DNA of 64,000 nucleotides from Arenicellales bacterium. GTDB taxonomy: Bacteria; Pseudomonadota; Gammaproteobacteria; Arenicellales; Poriferihabitantaceae. The notes under the pieces are model-generated. The model did no database searches. It was not told the origin of the DNA and saw only the letters and a list, made by a program, of their open reading frames with translations. The first letter of the stretch is position 1; each line of letters starts with the position of its first letter. The translations under genes were made by a program, and so were the position numbers. The stretch is from the NCBI GenBank assembly GCA_965231905.1, contig CBDDOO010000001.1, forward strand, positions 523,640 to 587,639, read 5' to 3'. Positions 9,564-19,288 of this stretch are shown piece by piece.

Positions 9564-10054
9564 TGCGGGTGTTGGGAATTGATCCCGGTTCCCGAAATAC
9601 AGGGCTTGGCGTTGTTGAGGCAGTCCATGATGAGCTTCGTTCGGTTGCCTGTCAATGTATCCGTATGGGTAACGAGCCGCTTCCCGGTCGATTGGGCCGG
9701 ATTTATCTGGGGGTGCAGGATATGATTATGCGGTATGAGCCTGATCTGGTGGCGGTGGAACAGGTGTTTGTCGCCAATAACGCCAAATCCGCCCTGATTC
9801 TGGGACAGGCCAGGGGCAGCGCCGTCTGTTCCGCGGTGAACGCGGGTCGGGATGTATTCGAATATAGCGCGCTACAGATTAAACGCGCCCTGGTCGGTTC
9901 CGGCAACGCGAAGAAAGAGCAGGTGCAGTATATGGTGCGGATATTGCTTGGGCTTTCGAGAACGCCTGACGCGGATGAGGCGGACGCCCTGGCTTGCGCG
10001 ATCTGCCATATCCACACTGCCCGGATACAGGACAAACTGTGCGTGGCGTCATGA
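9563..10054 (+). CDS. ruvC: Crossover junction endodeoxyribonuclease RuvC
   Basis: VLGIDPGS, VEQVF, LGQARG and DEADALACAICH. Confidence 0.95.
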   Translation: MRVLGIDPGSRNTGLGVVEAVHDELRSVACQCIRMGNEPLPGRLGRIYLGVQDMIMRYEPDLVAVEQVFVANNAKSALILGQARGSAVCSAVNAGRDVFEYSALQIKRALVGSGNAKKEQVQYMVRILLGLSRTPDADEADALACAICHIHTARIQDKLCVAS

Positions 10055-10082
10055 ACGGATTGAGTCCGGTATCGGTTGCCCT

Positions 10083-10691
10083 GTGATTGGATACCTGAAA
10101 GGCCGGTTGCTGCAAAAACAACCGCCGTTCCTGTTATTGGATGTCAACGGCGTCGGCTACGAGGTTGAGGCGCCGATGTCGACAATTTATGATTTGCCCA
10201 ATGAGATCGGGGCCGCCGAGGTGGCGTTGTATATCCATCTGGTGGTGCGCGAAGACGCACAGCTTCTGTATGGTTTTTCGGACCGGGACCAGCGGCAGTT
10301 ATTCCGCAGCCTGCTGAAAATCAGCGGAGTGGGTCCGCGGGTTGCGCTGGCGATCCTGTCTACGTTGACGACCGGCGAATTTATTGCCTGCATCCAACAG
10401 GAAGACGCGATTGCCCTGATCCGGGTGCCGGGAATCGGCAAGAAGACCGCGGAGAGAATTATCATCGACATGCGTGACCGTATTGATTCGACGGAGATCT
10501 CGGGTTTGTCCGCCGGGTCTCCCGACAAATTGACAGGCCGGGACAATCCGGTACAGGATGCTGTCGGCGCCCTGCTGGCGCTGGGTTACAGGCCCGCAGA
10601 GGCCAGCCGCGCGGTTCAGTCGGTCCGTTCGGTGAGTGAAGAACGGGATGATCTGATCCGCAACGCGCTACAGCATTTGACGAAAAGATGA
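10083..10691 (+). CDS. ruvA: Holliday junction branch migration protein RuvA (GTG start at 10083)
   Basis: [37 protein letters not shown] and LLALGY. Confidence 0.95.
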   Translation: MIGYLKGRLLQKQPPFLLLDVNGVGYEVEAPMSTIYDLPNEIGAAEVALYIHLVVREDAQLLYGFSDRDQRQLFRSLLKISGVGPRVALAILSTLTTGEFIACIQQEDAIALIRVPGIGKKTAERIIIDMRDRIDSTEISGLSAGSPDKLTGRDNPVQDAVGALLALGYRPAEASRAVQSVRSVSEERDDLIRNALQHLTKR

Positions 10692-11767
10692 CTGCTGGAA
10701 ACAATCCCTTGTTATCCCGGGACAAGCATCCTGATTCCGACCGGGAGCGAATGCTTGAACGCAGTCTGCGTCCATCCGGACTGGAAGAGTTTATCGGGCA
10801 GACCAGCGCCAAGGCGCAACTGGAAATATTCATGCAGGCGGCGAAGTACCGGGGGGAAGTCCTGGATCATGTTCTGGTGTTTGGTCCGCCCGGCCTGGGA
10901 AAGACCACGCTGGCGCATATCCTGGCCAGGGAGATGGGCGCTGACTTGCGCCAAACGTCCGGGCCGGTGCTGGAAAAAGCGGGCGATCTGGCGGCGATAC
11001 TGACCAATCTCCAAGCCGGAGACGTGCTGTTCATTGATGAAATTCATCGTTTGAATCCGGCGATTGAAGAGATATTGTATCCTGCGCTGGAAGATTATCA
11101 TCTCGATATCATGATTGGCGAAGGTCCCGCGGCAAGGTCCATCAAATTGAACCTCCCTCCCTTCACCCTGGTCGGCGCAACCACCCGGGCGGGATTGCTG
11201 ACATCGCCATTGCGCGACCGATTCGGTATCGTCCAGCGGTTGCATTTTTATACCACGGAAGAATTGGCCCGGATTGTCGAACGATCCGCCGGCCTTCTTG
11301 CGGTGGAATATGAGCCGGATGGCGTAAAAGCGATTGCGATGCGCTCTCGCGGCACTCCGCGAATCGCGAACCGGCTATTGCGGCGGGTTCGGGATTATGC
11401 CCAGGTCAAGGGCAATGGCAATCTGACCGAAGACATTGCCAACGCCGCGCTGGATATGCTCGAGGTGGATCGCTCGGGACTGGATTTGCTGGACCGGAAT
11501 CTGCTGCTGGCGATCATACAGAAATTTGACGGCGGGCCGGTTGGAATAGACAGTATTTCCGCGGCGGTCGGGGAGGAGCGCGGCACCATCGAAGATGTAG
11601 TGGAGCCTTACCTGATTCAGCAGGGTTACCTGATGCGAACTCCCCGCGGGCGTGTGGCGACCAGAAACGCCTGGCATCACATGGGTCTGCAAATACCGAA
11701 GGACGCGACCGGCGGTCAACAGGAATTGTTCCCGGATACCGGTTGTTCAGACCCGGTTCATGAGTAA
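10688..11767 (+). CDS. ruvB: Holliday junction branch migration helicase RuvB
   Basis: [23 protein letters not shown] and [17 protein letters not shown]. Confidence 0.97.
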   Translation: MTAGNNPLLSRDKHPDSDRERMLERSLRPSGLEEFIGQTSAKAQLEIFMQAAKYRGEVLDHVLVFGPPGLGKTTLAHILAREMGADLRQTSGPVLEKAGDLAAILTNLQAGDVLFIDEIHRLNPAIEEILYPALEDYHLDIMIGEGPAARSIKLNLPPFTLVGATTRAGLLTSPLRDRFGIVQRLHFYTTEELARIVERSAGLLAVEYEPDGVKAIAMRSRGTPRIANRLLRRVRDYAQVKGNGNLTEDIANAALDMLEVDRSGLDLLDRNLLLAIIQKFDGGPVGIDSISAAVGEERGTIEDVVEPYLIQQGYLMRTPRGRVATRNAWHHMGLQIPKDATGGQQELFPDTGCSDPVHE

Positions 11768-11804
11768 AATCATATTATAACCTTATTTTGACCGGTTCAA
11801 GCCT

Positions 11805-12500
11805 ATGACTATAGAAAGCGGAGCCAACAGTTCTATCCTGTTCCTGATCCTGAATGCCAGTTGGCCGGTACAGATGGTGATGCTGTTGCTCTTGGGCGCG
11901 TCCGTGGTTTCATGGTACATGATCGAGCGTAAGAGAACCGCTTTCAAACGCTGGAACAACGTTGCAGATGAGTTCGAAGACCAATTCTGGTCCTGGGGGG
12001 AGATGAAGGTAATCTACCAGTACTGGAATGGACAACGGGAGCCTGAGGGAATAGCCAATATTTTTCTGGCCGGGTTCCGTGAATTCAACAGACTGGTCAA
12101 AAAGCAGAACGTCCACCGATCAGACATGGTGGAGGGGGTGCATCGCTCGATGCGGGTGGCGCTCAGTCGGGAAATGGATAGCGTTGAACAGCATTTGCCA
12201 TTTTTGGCGACGGTGGGGTCGATCAGCCCTTATGTGGGTTTGTTCGGTACTGTGTGGGGGATTATGCATTCATTTCAGTCCTTGAGTGGAATGCAGCAGG
12301 TCACGATTGCCACGGTGGCGCCGGGCATAGCCGAAGCGCTGATCGCCACAGCCATGGGGTTGTTTGCGGCGATTCCAGCGGTGATTGCCTATAACAAGTT
12401 CGCCAATACCGCTGAAAGACTAAGCAGCCGTTATGAAGTATTCATCGAGGAATTCCTGAGTATTGTCAATCGCCAGGACATTGGGGAAAGGTCGGAATGA
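11805..12500 (+). CDS. tolQ: TolQ
   Basis: LATVGSISPYVGLFGTVWGIM and VAPGIAEALIATAMGLFAAIPAV. Confidence 0.95.
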   Translation: MTIESGANSSILFLILNASWPVQMVMLLLLGASVVSWYMIERKRTAFKRWNNVADEFEDQFWSWGEMKVIYQYWNGQREPEGIANIFLAGFREFNRLVKKQNVHRSDMVEGVHRSMRVALSREMDSVEQHLPFLATVGSISPYVGLFGTVWGIMHSFQSLSGMQQVTIATVAPGIAEALIATAMGLFAAIPAVIAYNKFANTAERLSSRYEVFIEEFLSIVNRQDIGERSE

Positions 12501-12922
12501 GTTATCGCAGTCAACATCGTAAAAAACGCATGATTGCCGAAATCAACGTGGTCCCCTATATTGATGTGATGCTGGTACTGCTGATTATTTTCATGGTGAC
12601 AGCGCCGTTGTTGAGTACCGGAGTCAACGTTGATTTACCGAAAGCCGCAGCCGAGCCTATGGAGAACGACAATGAAGAACCCTTTGTCGTTACTGTTGAT
12701 GCCGATGGCAACTACTATCTCAACGATGACGAACAGAAAATCGCGTCGGAACATGAAATTGAACTGAAAGCCAGAGCGGTGCTGGCTCGCAACCCGGAAC
12801 TGCCTTTCGTGATCAGGGGAGATGGCGCGGCAGAGTATGCCTTCGTGGTGCAAGCCATGGCGCTGTTGCAAAAAGCGGGTGTTGAGTCAGTGGGCCTGGT
12901 TACTGATCCGCCTGAATCCTGA
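12497..12922 (+). CDS. tolR: TolR
   Basis: AEINVVPYIDVMLVLLIIFMVTAP and IRGD. Confidence 0.95.
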   Translation: MSYRSQHRKKRMIAEINVVPYIDVMLVLLIIFMVTAPLLSTGVNVDLPKAAAEPMENDNEEPFVVTVDADGNYYLNDDEQKIASEHEIELKARAVLARNPELPFVIRGDGAAEYAFVVQAMALLQKAGVESVGLVTDPPES

Positions 12923-12957
12923 GTGGAGCCTTAAGTTCACGGTTGCCAGACAATGGA

Positions 12958-14124
12958 ATGAAACAATATTTTCGGCGAATTGGTTACATTGCACGAGCGG
13001 CGCTGTTTTCCACTACGATACACGGCGCCCTGATTGCCGCTCTGATCGCCGGGTTCTTTTGGCCGGTGTCGGATACTGAACTGGAGCGTGGGGGAGTGGA
13101 ACCAATTCAGGCGAAAATCATTTCAATCGAGGAAATAAACGAGCAGGTGAAGGTTCAGGAAGAAAGGATCTCGGAAAAGAAGAGACTTGCCGAGGATCTG
13201 GAGAAGCTTAAGCAACAACAGGAGGAGGAAAAAAAGAAACTTGAAATGCTGGAAGCAATTCGTGTGAAGGAGGAGACGGAACAAAAAAGGCGGGAGGAGC
13301 AGAAACGTCTGAAGGAAGAAAAGAGGAAACTGGCGGAGCAGAAACGGTTAGAGGAGGAGAAGAGGAAGCAAGCGGAACAAAAAAAGCTGGAGGAGGAAAG
13401 ACAACTGGCGGAACAGAAGCGCCTGGAGGAGGAGAAGAGGAAGCTTGCGGAACAGAAGCGCCTGGAAGAAGAAAAGAAGAAACAGGCGGAAAAGGAACGG
13501 CTGGCGGAGCAGAAACGGTTAGAGGAGGAGAAGAGGAAGCAAGCGGAACAAAAAAAGCTGGAGGAAGAAAGGCAACTGGCGGAACAGAAGCGCCTGGAAG
13601 AAGAAAAGAGGAAGCAGGCGGAGCAGAAGCGTCTGGAAGAGGAGAGGAAACAGGCGGAGAAGGAACGGTTAGAGGAAGAGCAGAGGCAACGGGAAGAACA
13701 GGAGCGGTTAGAGGAGGAGAAACGGAAGCGGGAGGAGCGGGAGCGGTTGGCGGAAGAACAGAAGAAGCGGGAAGCGGAAGCCCGGGCCAAACGGGAACAG
13801 GAACTGAAAGACAAGCTGCGGCGCGAACAGATCGAGAAGGAGGCGGGGACTGCGCTGCAAGCCCTGTTCGGCCGGATTGCGTCTGCGGTGGAAGATAAAT
13901 GGCGGGTAACCGGGAAACAGGGATTAAAAGCGCTGATTCGGGTAAAGGTAGGCAGAAATGGTGAAGTTCAATCGGCAAATGTGATAAAAAGCAGTGGGGA
14001 TCGTTCTTTCGATGAATCTGCAGAATCGGCCATCAAGAGAGCGTCGCCTTTACCGTTCCCGGCAGACCCAGAGTATTATGAGTATATTTCCGAATTTAAC
14101 TTTTCATTCGATCCGGGCGGCTGA
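12958..14124 (+). CDS. tolA: TolA with a long E/K/R/Q-rich repetitive helical domain
   Basis: N-terminal TM helix (STTIHGALIAALIAGFFW), AEQKRLEEEKRK repeats and a TonB-C-like end (SSGDRSFDESAESAIKRASPLP); lies between tolR and tolB. Confidence 0.88.
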   Translation: MKQYFRRIGYIARAALFSTTIHGALIAALIAGFFWPVSDTELERGGVEPIQAKIISIEEINEQVKVQEERISEKKRLAEDLEKLKQQQEEEKKKLEMLEAIRVKEETEQKRREEQKRLKEEKRKLAEQKRLEEEKRKQAEQKKLEEERQLAEQKRLEEEKRKLAEQKRLEEEKKKQAEKERLAEQKRLEEEKRKQAEQKKLEEERQLAEQKRLEEEKRKQAEQKRLEEERKQAEKERLEEEQRQREEQERLEEEKRKREERERLAEEQKKREAEARAKREQELKDKLRREQIEKEAGTALQALFGRIASAVEDKWRVTGKQGLKALIRVKVGRNGEVQSANVIKSSGDRSFDESAESAIKRASPLPFPADPEYYEYISEFNFSFDPGG

Positions 14125-14131
14125 CAGCTTC

Positions 14132-15457
14132 ATGAAATTTTGGAAGAAATCAGTCATTTCACGTTTTGCATTTGCATTGGTGATAATCGGGTTTTCGATG
14201 CCTGCGGATGCGGTGTTTACCATCGAGATCACTTCCGGCACTACGGCCCGGATCCCGATTGCTATTGTGCCCTTTTCAGTGGTGGGTCAGTTTCCCGGCG
14301 AACAGCAGCCCGCGGACATTATCGAATCGGATCTCGAATCAAGCGGGCGATTTGAACTGATACCGCGTACCAGTTTCCTTCGTTACCCGGATGATCTGGA
14401 CTCGATCAGTTTCAAGGACTGGCGTCTGATTAAATCCGAAGCGATCGTGGTCGGCAAGGTGATCCATCTTGGAGATGACCAGTACGAAGTTCGATTCCGA
14501 TTGATTGATGTGTTCCGGGAAGACCAGTTGGTGGGTCACAAGTTTAAGGTCAATGCCAGGCAAATGCGTAAACTCTGCCATCAGATCAGTGATATTATCT
14601 ATGAAGCGCTGACCGGGAAGATCGGGGCTTTCGATACCAGGGTCGCGTTTGTCGCTGTACAGGGGGCGGGCGATGATCGACAGTATTACCTTAAGGTAGC
14701 CGATTCCGACGGATGGAATGCGAAGACAATCCTTGAATCGAAACATCCCGTTTTATCTCCGTCCTGGTCGCCGGATGGCGGTCGTCTCGCTTATGTGTCA
14801 TTCGAAGACCGGCATTCAGTGATCTTTGTTCAGGATCTTCGCACTGGAAAACGCGAACGGATAGCGACCTTCAAGGGTCTGAACAGCGCTCCGGCGTGGT
14901 CGCCCGATGGCGGCATGCTGGCGTTGACGCTTTCCAAAGATGGAAATTCAGAGATCTATGTTTATGATTTTTCGGCGGGAAATCTACGCAGGCTGACCCG
15001 GCATACTGCCATTGATACCGAGCCTGCCTGGTCGCCGGACGGGAGCTCGATCATTTTTACCTCGGGGCGGGCTGGCGGACCACAGATCTATCAAATGCCT
15101 GCAACCGGAGGTTCGCCCAGGCGATTGACTTTCCAGGGCAACTATAATGCCAATGCGTCTTATTCGCCGGACGGAAAATCCATCGTCATGATTACCAATC
15201 AGGGCAATGGTTACAGAGTCGGGATATACTCTGTTGAAACCCGGATGATTCAGGAGTTGACCGATTCCCGCGCTGATGAATCTCCATCATTCGCGCCCAA
15301 CGGGGACATGATAATATATGCGACCCAACAAAATGGTAAAAACGTCCTGGCCACTGTTTCTGCAGATGCGGACAGCCAGGTACAACGAATTCTCAAGCAT
15401 CAGGGCGGTTCATCGGTACAAGAGCCAGCCTGGTCTCCGTTCACCCGTAAACTGTAG
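14132..15457 (+). CDS. tolB: TolB
   Basis: Signal peptide, PIAIVPF, repeated PxWSPDG beta-propeller motifs; start taken at ATG 14132. Confidence 0.95.
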   Translation: MKFWKKSVISRFAFALVIIGFSMPADAVFTIEITSGTTARIPIAIVPFSVVGQFPGEQQPADIIESDLESSGRFELIPRTSFLRYPDDLDSISFKDWRLIKSEAIVVGKVIHLGDDQYEVRFRLIDVFREDQLVGHKFKVNARQMRKLCHQISDIIYEALTGKIGAFDTRVAFVAVQGAGDDRQYYLKVADSDGWNAKTILESKHPVLSPSWSPDGGRLAYVSFEDRHSVIFVQDLRTGKRERIATFKGLNSAPAWSPDGGMLALTLSKDGNSEIYVYDFSAGNLRRLTRHTAIDTEPAWSPDGSSIIFTSGRAGGPQIYQMPATGGSPRRLTFQGNYNANASYSPDGKSIVMITNQGNGYRVGIYSVETRMIQELTDSRADESPSFAPNGDMIIYATQQNGKNVLATVSADADSQVQRILKHQGGSSVQEPAWSPFTRKL

Positions 15458-15466
15458 AGGAAATTA

Positions 15467-16015
15467 ATGATGCGTAACCTGCTAACTTTTATAATTATTT
15501 TCATCGTTACTGCCGTTCTGTCGGCGTGTGGCGGACGCAAGGTTGCCGTGGAAGATGACGTAAGCGCAGAACCTGCGATTGTTGTCACCGGGGAAGCTGG
15601 TTCATCCGCTCTGGAGGGGGATGGCTCGCTTTCCGGGTCGAGCCTGGATGATGAAACCGTCGAAGCGGATGAAACCCTCAGTCTGTTGAACCAGAGGGTC
15701 GTTTATTTTGAATACGACAGCAGCAGTCTGACTGCGGAAGGCGAAGCCGTAGTCCAGGCGCATGCCCAATATCTTGGCGGCGCCCCGGGGACACAGGTTA
15801 TCCTCGAAGGTCATGCGGATGAGCGGGGTACCCGCGAGTATAATTTGTCGTTGGGGGAAGACCGCGCCCAATCCGTGGCGGCGATGATGCGGGGTTCCGG
15901 GGTAAACGGGGATGACATCCAGACTATCTCCTATGGTGAGGAAAGACCAGTGTCTCTGGGTAGCGATGAAAGCGCCTGGAGCCTGAATCGCCGCGTTGAA
16001 ATTCTCTATCAATAA
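15467..16015 (+). CDS. pal: Peptidoglycan-associated lipoprotein Pal
   Basis: Lipobox LSAC, VYFEYD, EGHADERGTREYNLSLGEDRA and NRRVE. Confidence 0.95.
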   Translation: MMRNLLTFIIIFIVTAVLSACGGRKVAVEDDVSAEPAIVVTGEAGSSALEGDGSLSGSSLDDETVEADETLSLLNQRVVYFEYDSSSLTAEGEAVVQAHAQYLGGAPGTQVILEGHADERGTREYNLSLGEDRAQSVAAMMRGSGVNGDDIQTISYGEERPVSLGSDESAWSLNRRVEILYQ

Positions 16016-16025
16016 AGGATGGTAA

Positions 16026-16949
16026 ATGAGTCAATCGAAATCTGAAAGGATCCTGATCCGAAGTTTTTCCCTGGTATGCGCCGCCGTTTTGTTGATTCTG
16101 GCAGGTTGCATTCAACCTGCCCCTGTTACCCCGGTTCCGGTAAGTGCGCCGGAAGAAGTTGAGCGGCCAGCGCCTCCAAATCCAGAGATTTCAAGAGTCC
16201 TGTCCCGGTTGGCCGATATCAGGGACGAACTGAAACAGATCAGAAATTCAGTCGAAGAACTCCAGTTCGAGTCTGAGCGTGATAAACATCGTCGGCAGGA
16301 TTTATACCAGGATATTGATCGGAGACTGCTTGAGCTCGAAAGAAATCAGCGGGTAATCAACTCCCGGCTCGAAAGAGTGGTTGTCACGGGAGAGGTTCCT
16401 GACGCGGGAGCGGTCGCCCCCACCCCCACATCCGAGTCTCCCGTTACCCGTGTGCCTGTGGGAGAAAGTGGCGGCCAGCAGGAGCCGGATGAAAGCCCGG
16501 CAGATACAGCCGTCCCGGATTCAGACGATTCCCCGGCGGCGATTAGTTCGGCAACGGTTTCCCTGGATGAACAGGATGCGTACGATAACGCGCTTGGATT
16601 GTTGAAACAAAGCCGATACCATGATTTCATTTCTGCGGCTGAGCAATTTGTGACCACCTGGCCGACCAGTCAACTGGTTGATGATGTCTGGTACTGGATC
16701 GCGGAAGCGCGCTATGTCAATCGTGAATTCGAGAACGCTCTGAACGATTTCAGAACCGTAGTGGTCCATTATCCGGATAGTCAACGAGTACCTGAAGCGC
16801 TATTGAAAATGGGATCTATCCAGTACGATATCGGCGCATACAGTGAGGCGGCGGAAATATTCCGGGATATTCTGGTCCGGTTCCCGGCGCATAATGCTGC
16901 GATTTCCGCCCAGACCCGGTTACGGAGAATCGAGGATACCATTCAGTGA
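16026..16949 (+). CDS. cpoB: Tol-Pal system protein CpoB/YbgF
   Basis: Lipobox-like LAGC, coiled coil, C-terminal TPR repeats (YWIAEARY, VPEALLKMG); follows pal. Confidence 0.88.
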   Translation: MSQSKSERILIRSFSLVCAAVLLILAGCIQPAPVTPVPVSAPEEVERPAPPNPEISRVLSRLADIRDELKQIRNSVEELQFESERDKHRRQDLYQDIDRRLLELERNQRVINSRLERVVVTGEVPDAGAVAPTPTSESPVTRVPVGESGGQQEPDESPADTAVPDSDDSPAAISSATVSLDEQDAYDNALGLLKQSRYHDFISAAEQFVTTWPTSQLVDDVWYWIAEARYVNREFENALNDFRTVVVHYPDSQRVPEALLKMGSIQYDIGAYSEAAEIFRDILVRFPAHNAAISAQTRLRRIEDTIQ

Positions 16950-16982
16950 CACAGCCGGCGAGTTGGCCTGATGACGCTCCGG

Positions 16983-18110
16983 TCAGACGATTTTGTCGAG
17001 CGTTTTCTCCAGATGATCGACGGTTCGTTCCATGTTGCCGAGTTTGTCGAGGCCGAACAATCCCAGTCGGAATGTTCTGAAGTCATCGGGCTCGCCGCAC
17101 ATCAGTGGTACGCCCGCTGCAATCTGCAACCCGTTGGCGGCAAACTTGCTGCCATTTTGCAGGTTCGCGTCATCGGTATAGCTGACTACCACACCCGGCG
17201 CCTCAAAGCCTGGCGCCGCTACACTTTGGAGGCCTTTGTCATGCAGCAGTTCACGCACTTGCCGACCCAGTTGGATCTGGGCATTCCTGCCATTGTCAAA
17301 TCCGAATTCCCGCATTTCATTCATTGCGTCCCGCAGACCAACCAGCGCATCGGTCGGCATGGTGGCATGATAGGCATGACCTCCATTGATATAAGCCTGC
17401 ATGATCTGATGCCATTTTTTCAAATCGCAGGAAAAGCTGCTGCTGGTTGTCTGCTCGAGTTTCGCCAGCGCGTTGTCGTTCAGCATGACCAGGCCGGCGC
17501 AGGGCGAGGCGCTCCATCCTTTTTGCGGGGCGCTGATCAGGATATCGACGCCGGAGGCTTTCATATCCACCCACATGGCTCCTGATGCAATGCAATCCAG
17601 CACAAACAAGCCGCCGACCTGGTGAACCGCGTTGGCAACCCTCATCAGATAATCATCCGGAAGGATCATACCCGCAGACGTTTCCACATGAGGCGCGAAC
17701 ACCAGCGCCGGCTTTTCATTCAGTATGGCCTCTGTGACCACATTTATCGAAGCCGGCGCGAACGGAGATTGAGGAGCGCTGTCGACCATGGCGGCCTGCA
17801 ACACGGTATGCCCTGACGGAATACTCCCCATTTCAAGAATCTGGCTCCAACGGTAACTGAAGAACCCGTTACGAATGACCAGACAGCGCTGGTCATGGGC
17901 GAATTGCCGGGCGACTGCCTCCATGCCGTAACTGCCGCCGCCCGGAACGATAATCGCGGCATCCGATTGATAGATCTCTTTCAATGTGTTCGATATGTCA
18001 TTCATTGTGCCCTGGAAGCGGCTTGACATGTGATTCAGCGAACGGTCCGTAAATACTACGGAATATTCAAGTAATCCATCCGGATCAAGGTCGGGTAGAA
18101 GTGAAGGCAT
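16983..18110 (-). CDS. Class V PLP-dependent aminotransferase (alanine-glyoxylate/serine-pyruvate-like family)
   Basis: LLEYSVVFTDRSLNHMS, PHVETSAG, VLDCIASG and SAPQKGW (PLP lysine). Confidence 0.85.
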   Translation of the reverse strand: MPSLLPDLDPDGLLEYSVVFTDRSLNHMSSRFQGTMNDISNTLKEIYQSDAAIIVPGGGSYGMEAVARQFAHDQRCLVIRNGFFSYRWSQILEMGSIPSGHTVLQAAMVDSAPQSPFAPASINVVTEAILNEKPALVFAPHVETSAGMILPDDYLMRVANAVHQVGGLFVLDCIASGAMWVDMKASGVDILISAPQKGWSASPCAGLVMLNDNALAKLEQTTSSSFSCDLKKWHQIMQAYINGGHAYHATMPTDALVGLRDAMNEMREFGFDNGRNAQIQLGRQVRELLHDKGLQSVAAPGFEAPGVVVSYTDDANLQNGSKFAANGLQIAAGVPLMCGEPDDFRTFRLGLFGLDKLGNMERTVDHLEKTLDKIV

Positions 18111-18247
18111 CGTGTTCTCGTATTTTTGGAATGGTGAATCAGGCCGCGTTCGGTCCAGATATTTTATACCAGTGAAAAATTTGTTGAATATCTATTGTAT
18201 TTGATTCTCAAATTTATTAGGGTGCACGTTGATGTTCAATTTCATTT

Positions 18248-18324
18248 GCGCCCGTAGCTCAGTTGGATAGAGTACCTGGCTACGAACCAGGCGGTCGGGA
18301 GTTCGAATCTCTCCGGGCGCGCCA
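18248..18324 (+). tRNA. tRNA-Arg(ACG), 77 nt, CCA encoded
   Basis: GCGCCCG acceptor stem, D-arm AGCTCAGTTGGATAGAGT, anticodon arm CCTGG-CT-ACG-AA-CCAGG, T-loop GTTCGAA, 3' CGGGCGC-G-CCA. Confidence 0.97.
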
Positions 18325-18378
18325 TTAGCGGTTTACCGGCAATCCGCAGTCTGACCCATGCGTCGGTTATATAGAGGC

Positions 18379-18401
18379 AACCGGCTTCATCCGGGTTTTT
18401 T
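18379..18401 (+). terminator. Possible intrinsic terminator downstream of tRNA-Arg, overlapping the methyltransferase stop
   Basis: AACCGG-CTTCAT-CCGGGTT followed by a T-run; the stem is short and imperfect. Confidence 0.3.
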
Positions 18402-19256
18402 CGCGAAATACCTCTTGAGCTCGAAGCTTCCGCTGTTCCAGGCTTCGTACAGTGTTTTGAACTGGTCAATCAATGACTGGGGTGTTTTCATTCCGGAAAG
18501 TTGCAGGATTACAAGAAGATTATAAGCGTTCCTGATCAACCGCAGGTTGTCTGCGTCTTTTCCGCCGAAACCTTCGAATTGCAGGATTTCCAGACCGGCC
18601 TGACGCAATTTTTCCGATTGGGTGTCTTGACTTTCCAGGCTGTGCACAGCAAAGGGTTTATACAGCGGTACAATATATTTTTCGTATTCGCTGGCTGGCA
18701 ATCCGTCGCGGGTCATCCAGTCCGTCGCGACCAGCGCTCCGGATGGTTTGAGAATCCGGCTCACTTCATGAACAAACCGGCTCCGGTCGCCGTAGTGGCA
18801 CGCGCTTTCAATGTTGACTACCACGTCGACCGATTCGTTGGCGAAGGGCAGGCTCACGGAGCAATCCGCATATTCAAAGCCAACCCGGTCGTCGACATTG
18901 GCAGCTCTCGCTTTTTCTGCGGCGATCTCCAACTGCATCTTGTTCAGACTCACGCCGGTGACTGTGCATCCCCGGGATTTTGCAAGGTAGATAGCGGTTC
19001 CGCCTACCCCGCACCCGGCGTCTACCACATGATGGCGTCCCTGGATATTCGCTGGCGAGACGATGACTTCGGTCATTCGCTCCACGGCGCGCGCGAGCCC
19101 TGCGGAATCTGCGAGAACTTCGCCGGGTTCAGGGCATTCCCCGGGTTCGAACAGCCCGAAGTGGAGATGATCGCGGTTCCATCCGTTGAGGTAAATGCCC
19201 GGCGTATTATCGTCGTAATAGCGTTTGGTCGCGTTTGATTGGTCTGAGATGGACAT
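18387..19256 (-). CDS. Class I SAM-dependent methyltransferase (sterol/tocopherol/RebM-like subfamily); last gene of the RiPP operon
   Basis: YYD...W..DHLHFG N-terminus, VVDAGCGVGG motif I, LPFANESVDVV and IESACHY. Confidence 0.85.
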   Translation of the reverse strand: MSISDQSNATKRYYDDNTPGIYLNGWNRDHLHFGLFEPGECPEPGEVLADSAGLARAVERMTEVIVSPANIQGRHHVVDAGCGVGGTAIYLAKSRGCTVTGVSLNKMQLEIAAEKARAANVDDRVGFEYADCSVSLPFANESVDVVVNIESACHYGDRSRFVHEVSRILKPSGALVATDWMTRDGLPASEYEKYIVPLYKPFAVHSLESQDTQSEKLRQAGLEILQFEGFGGKDADNLRLIRNAYNLLVILQLSGMKTPQSLIDQFKTLYEAWNSGSFELKRYFAKKPG

Positions 19257-19288
19257 TATCGAAATTCCAGACTAAACCGTCGCGCCCA

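Noticed and set aside
13155-13978. Long antisense ORFs (219 and 256 aa) over tolA
   Set aside because: Shadows of the purine-rich repeat, giving low-complexity S/F/C/R or P/L/A sequence with no independent features.
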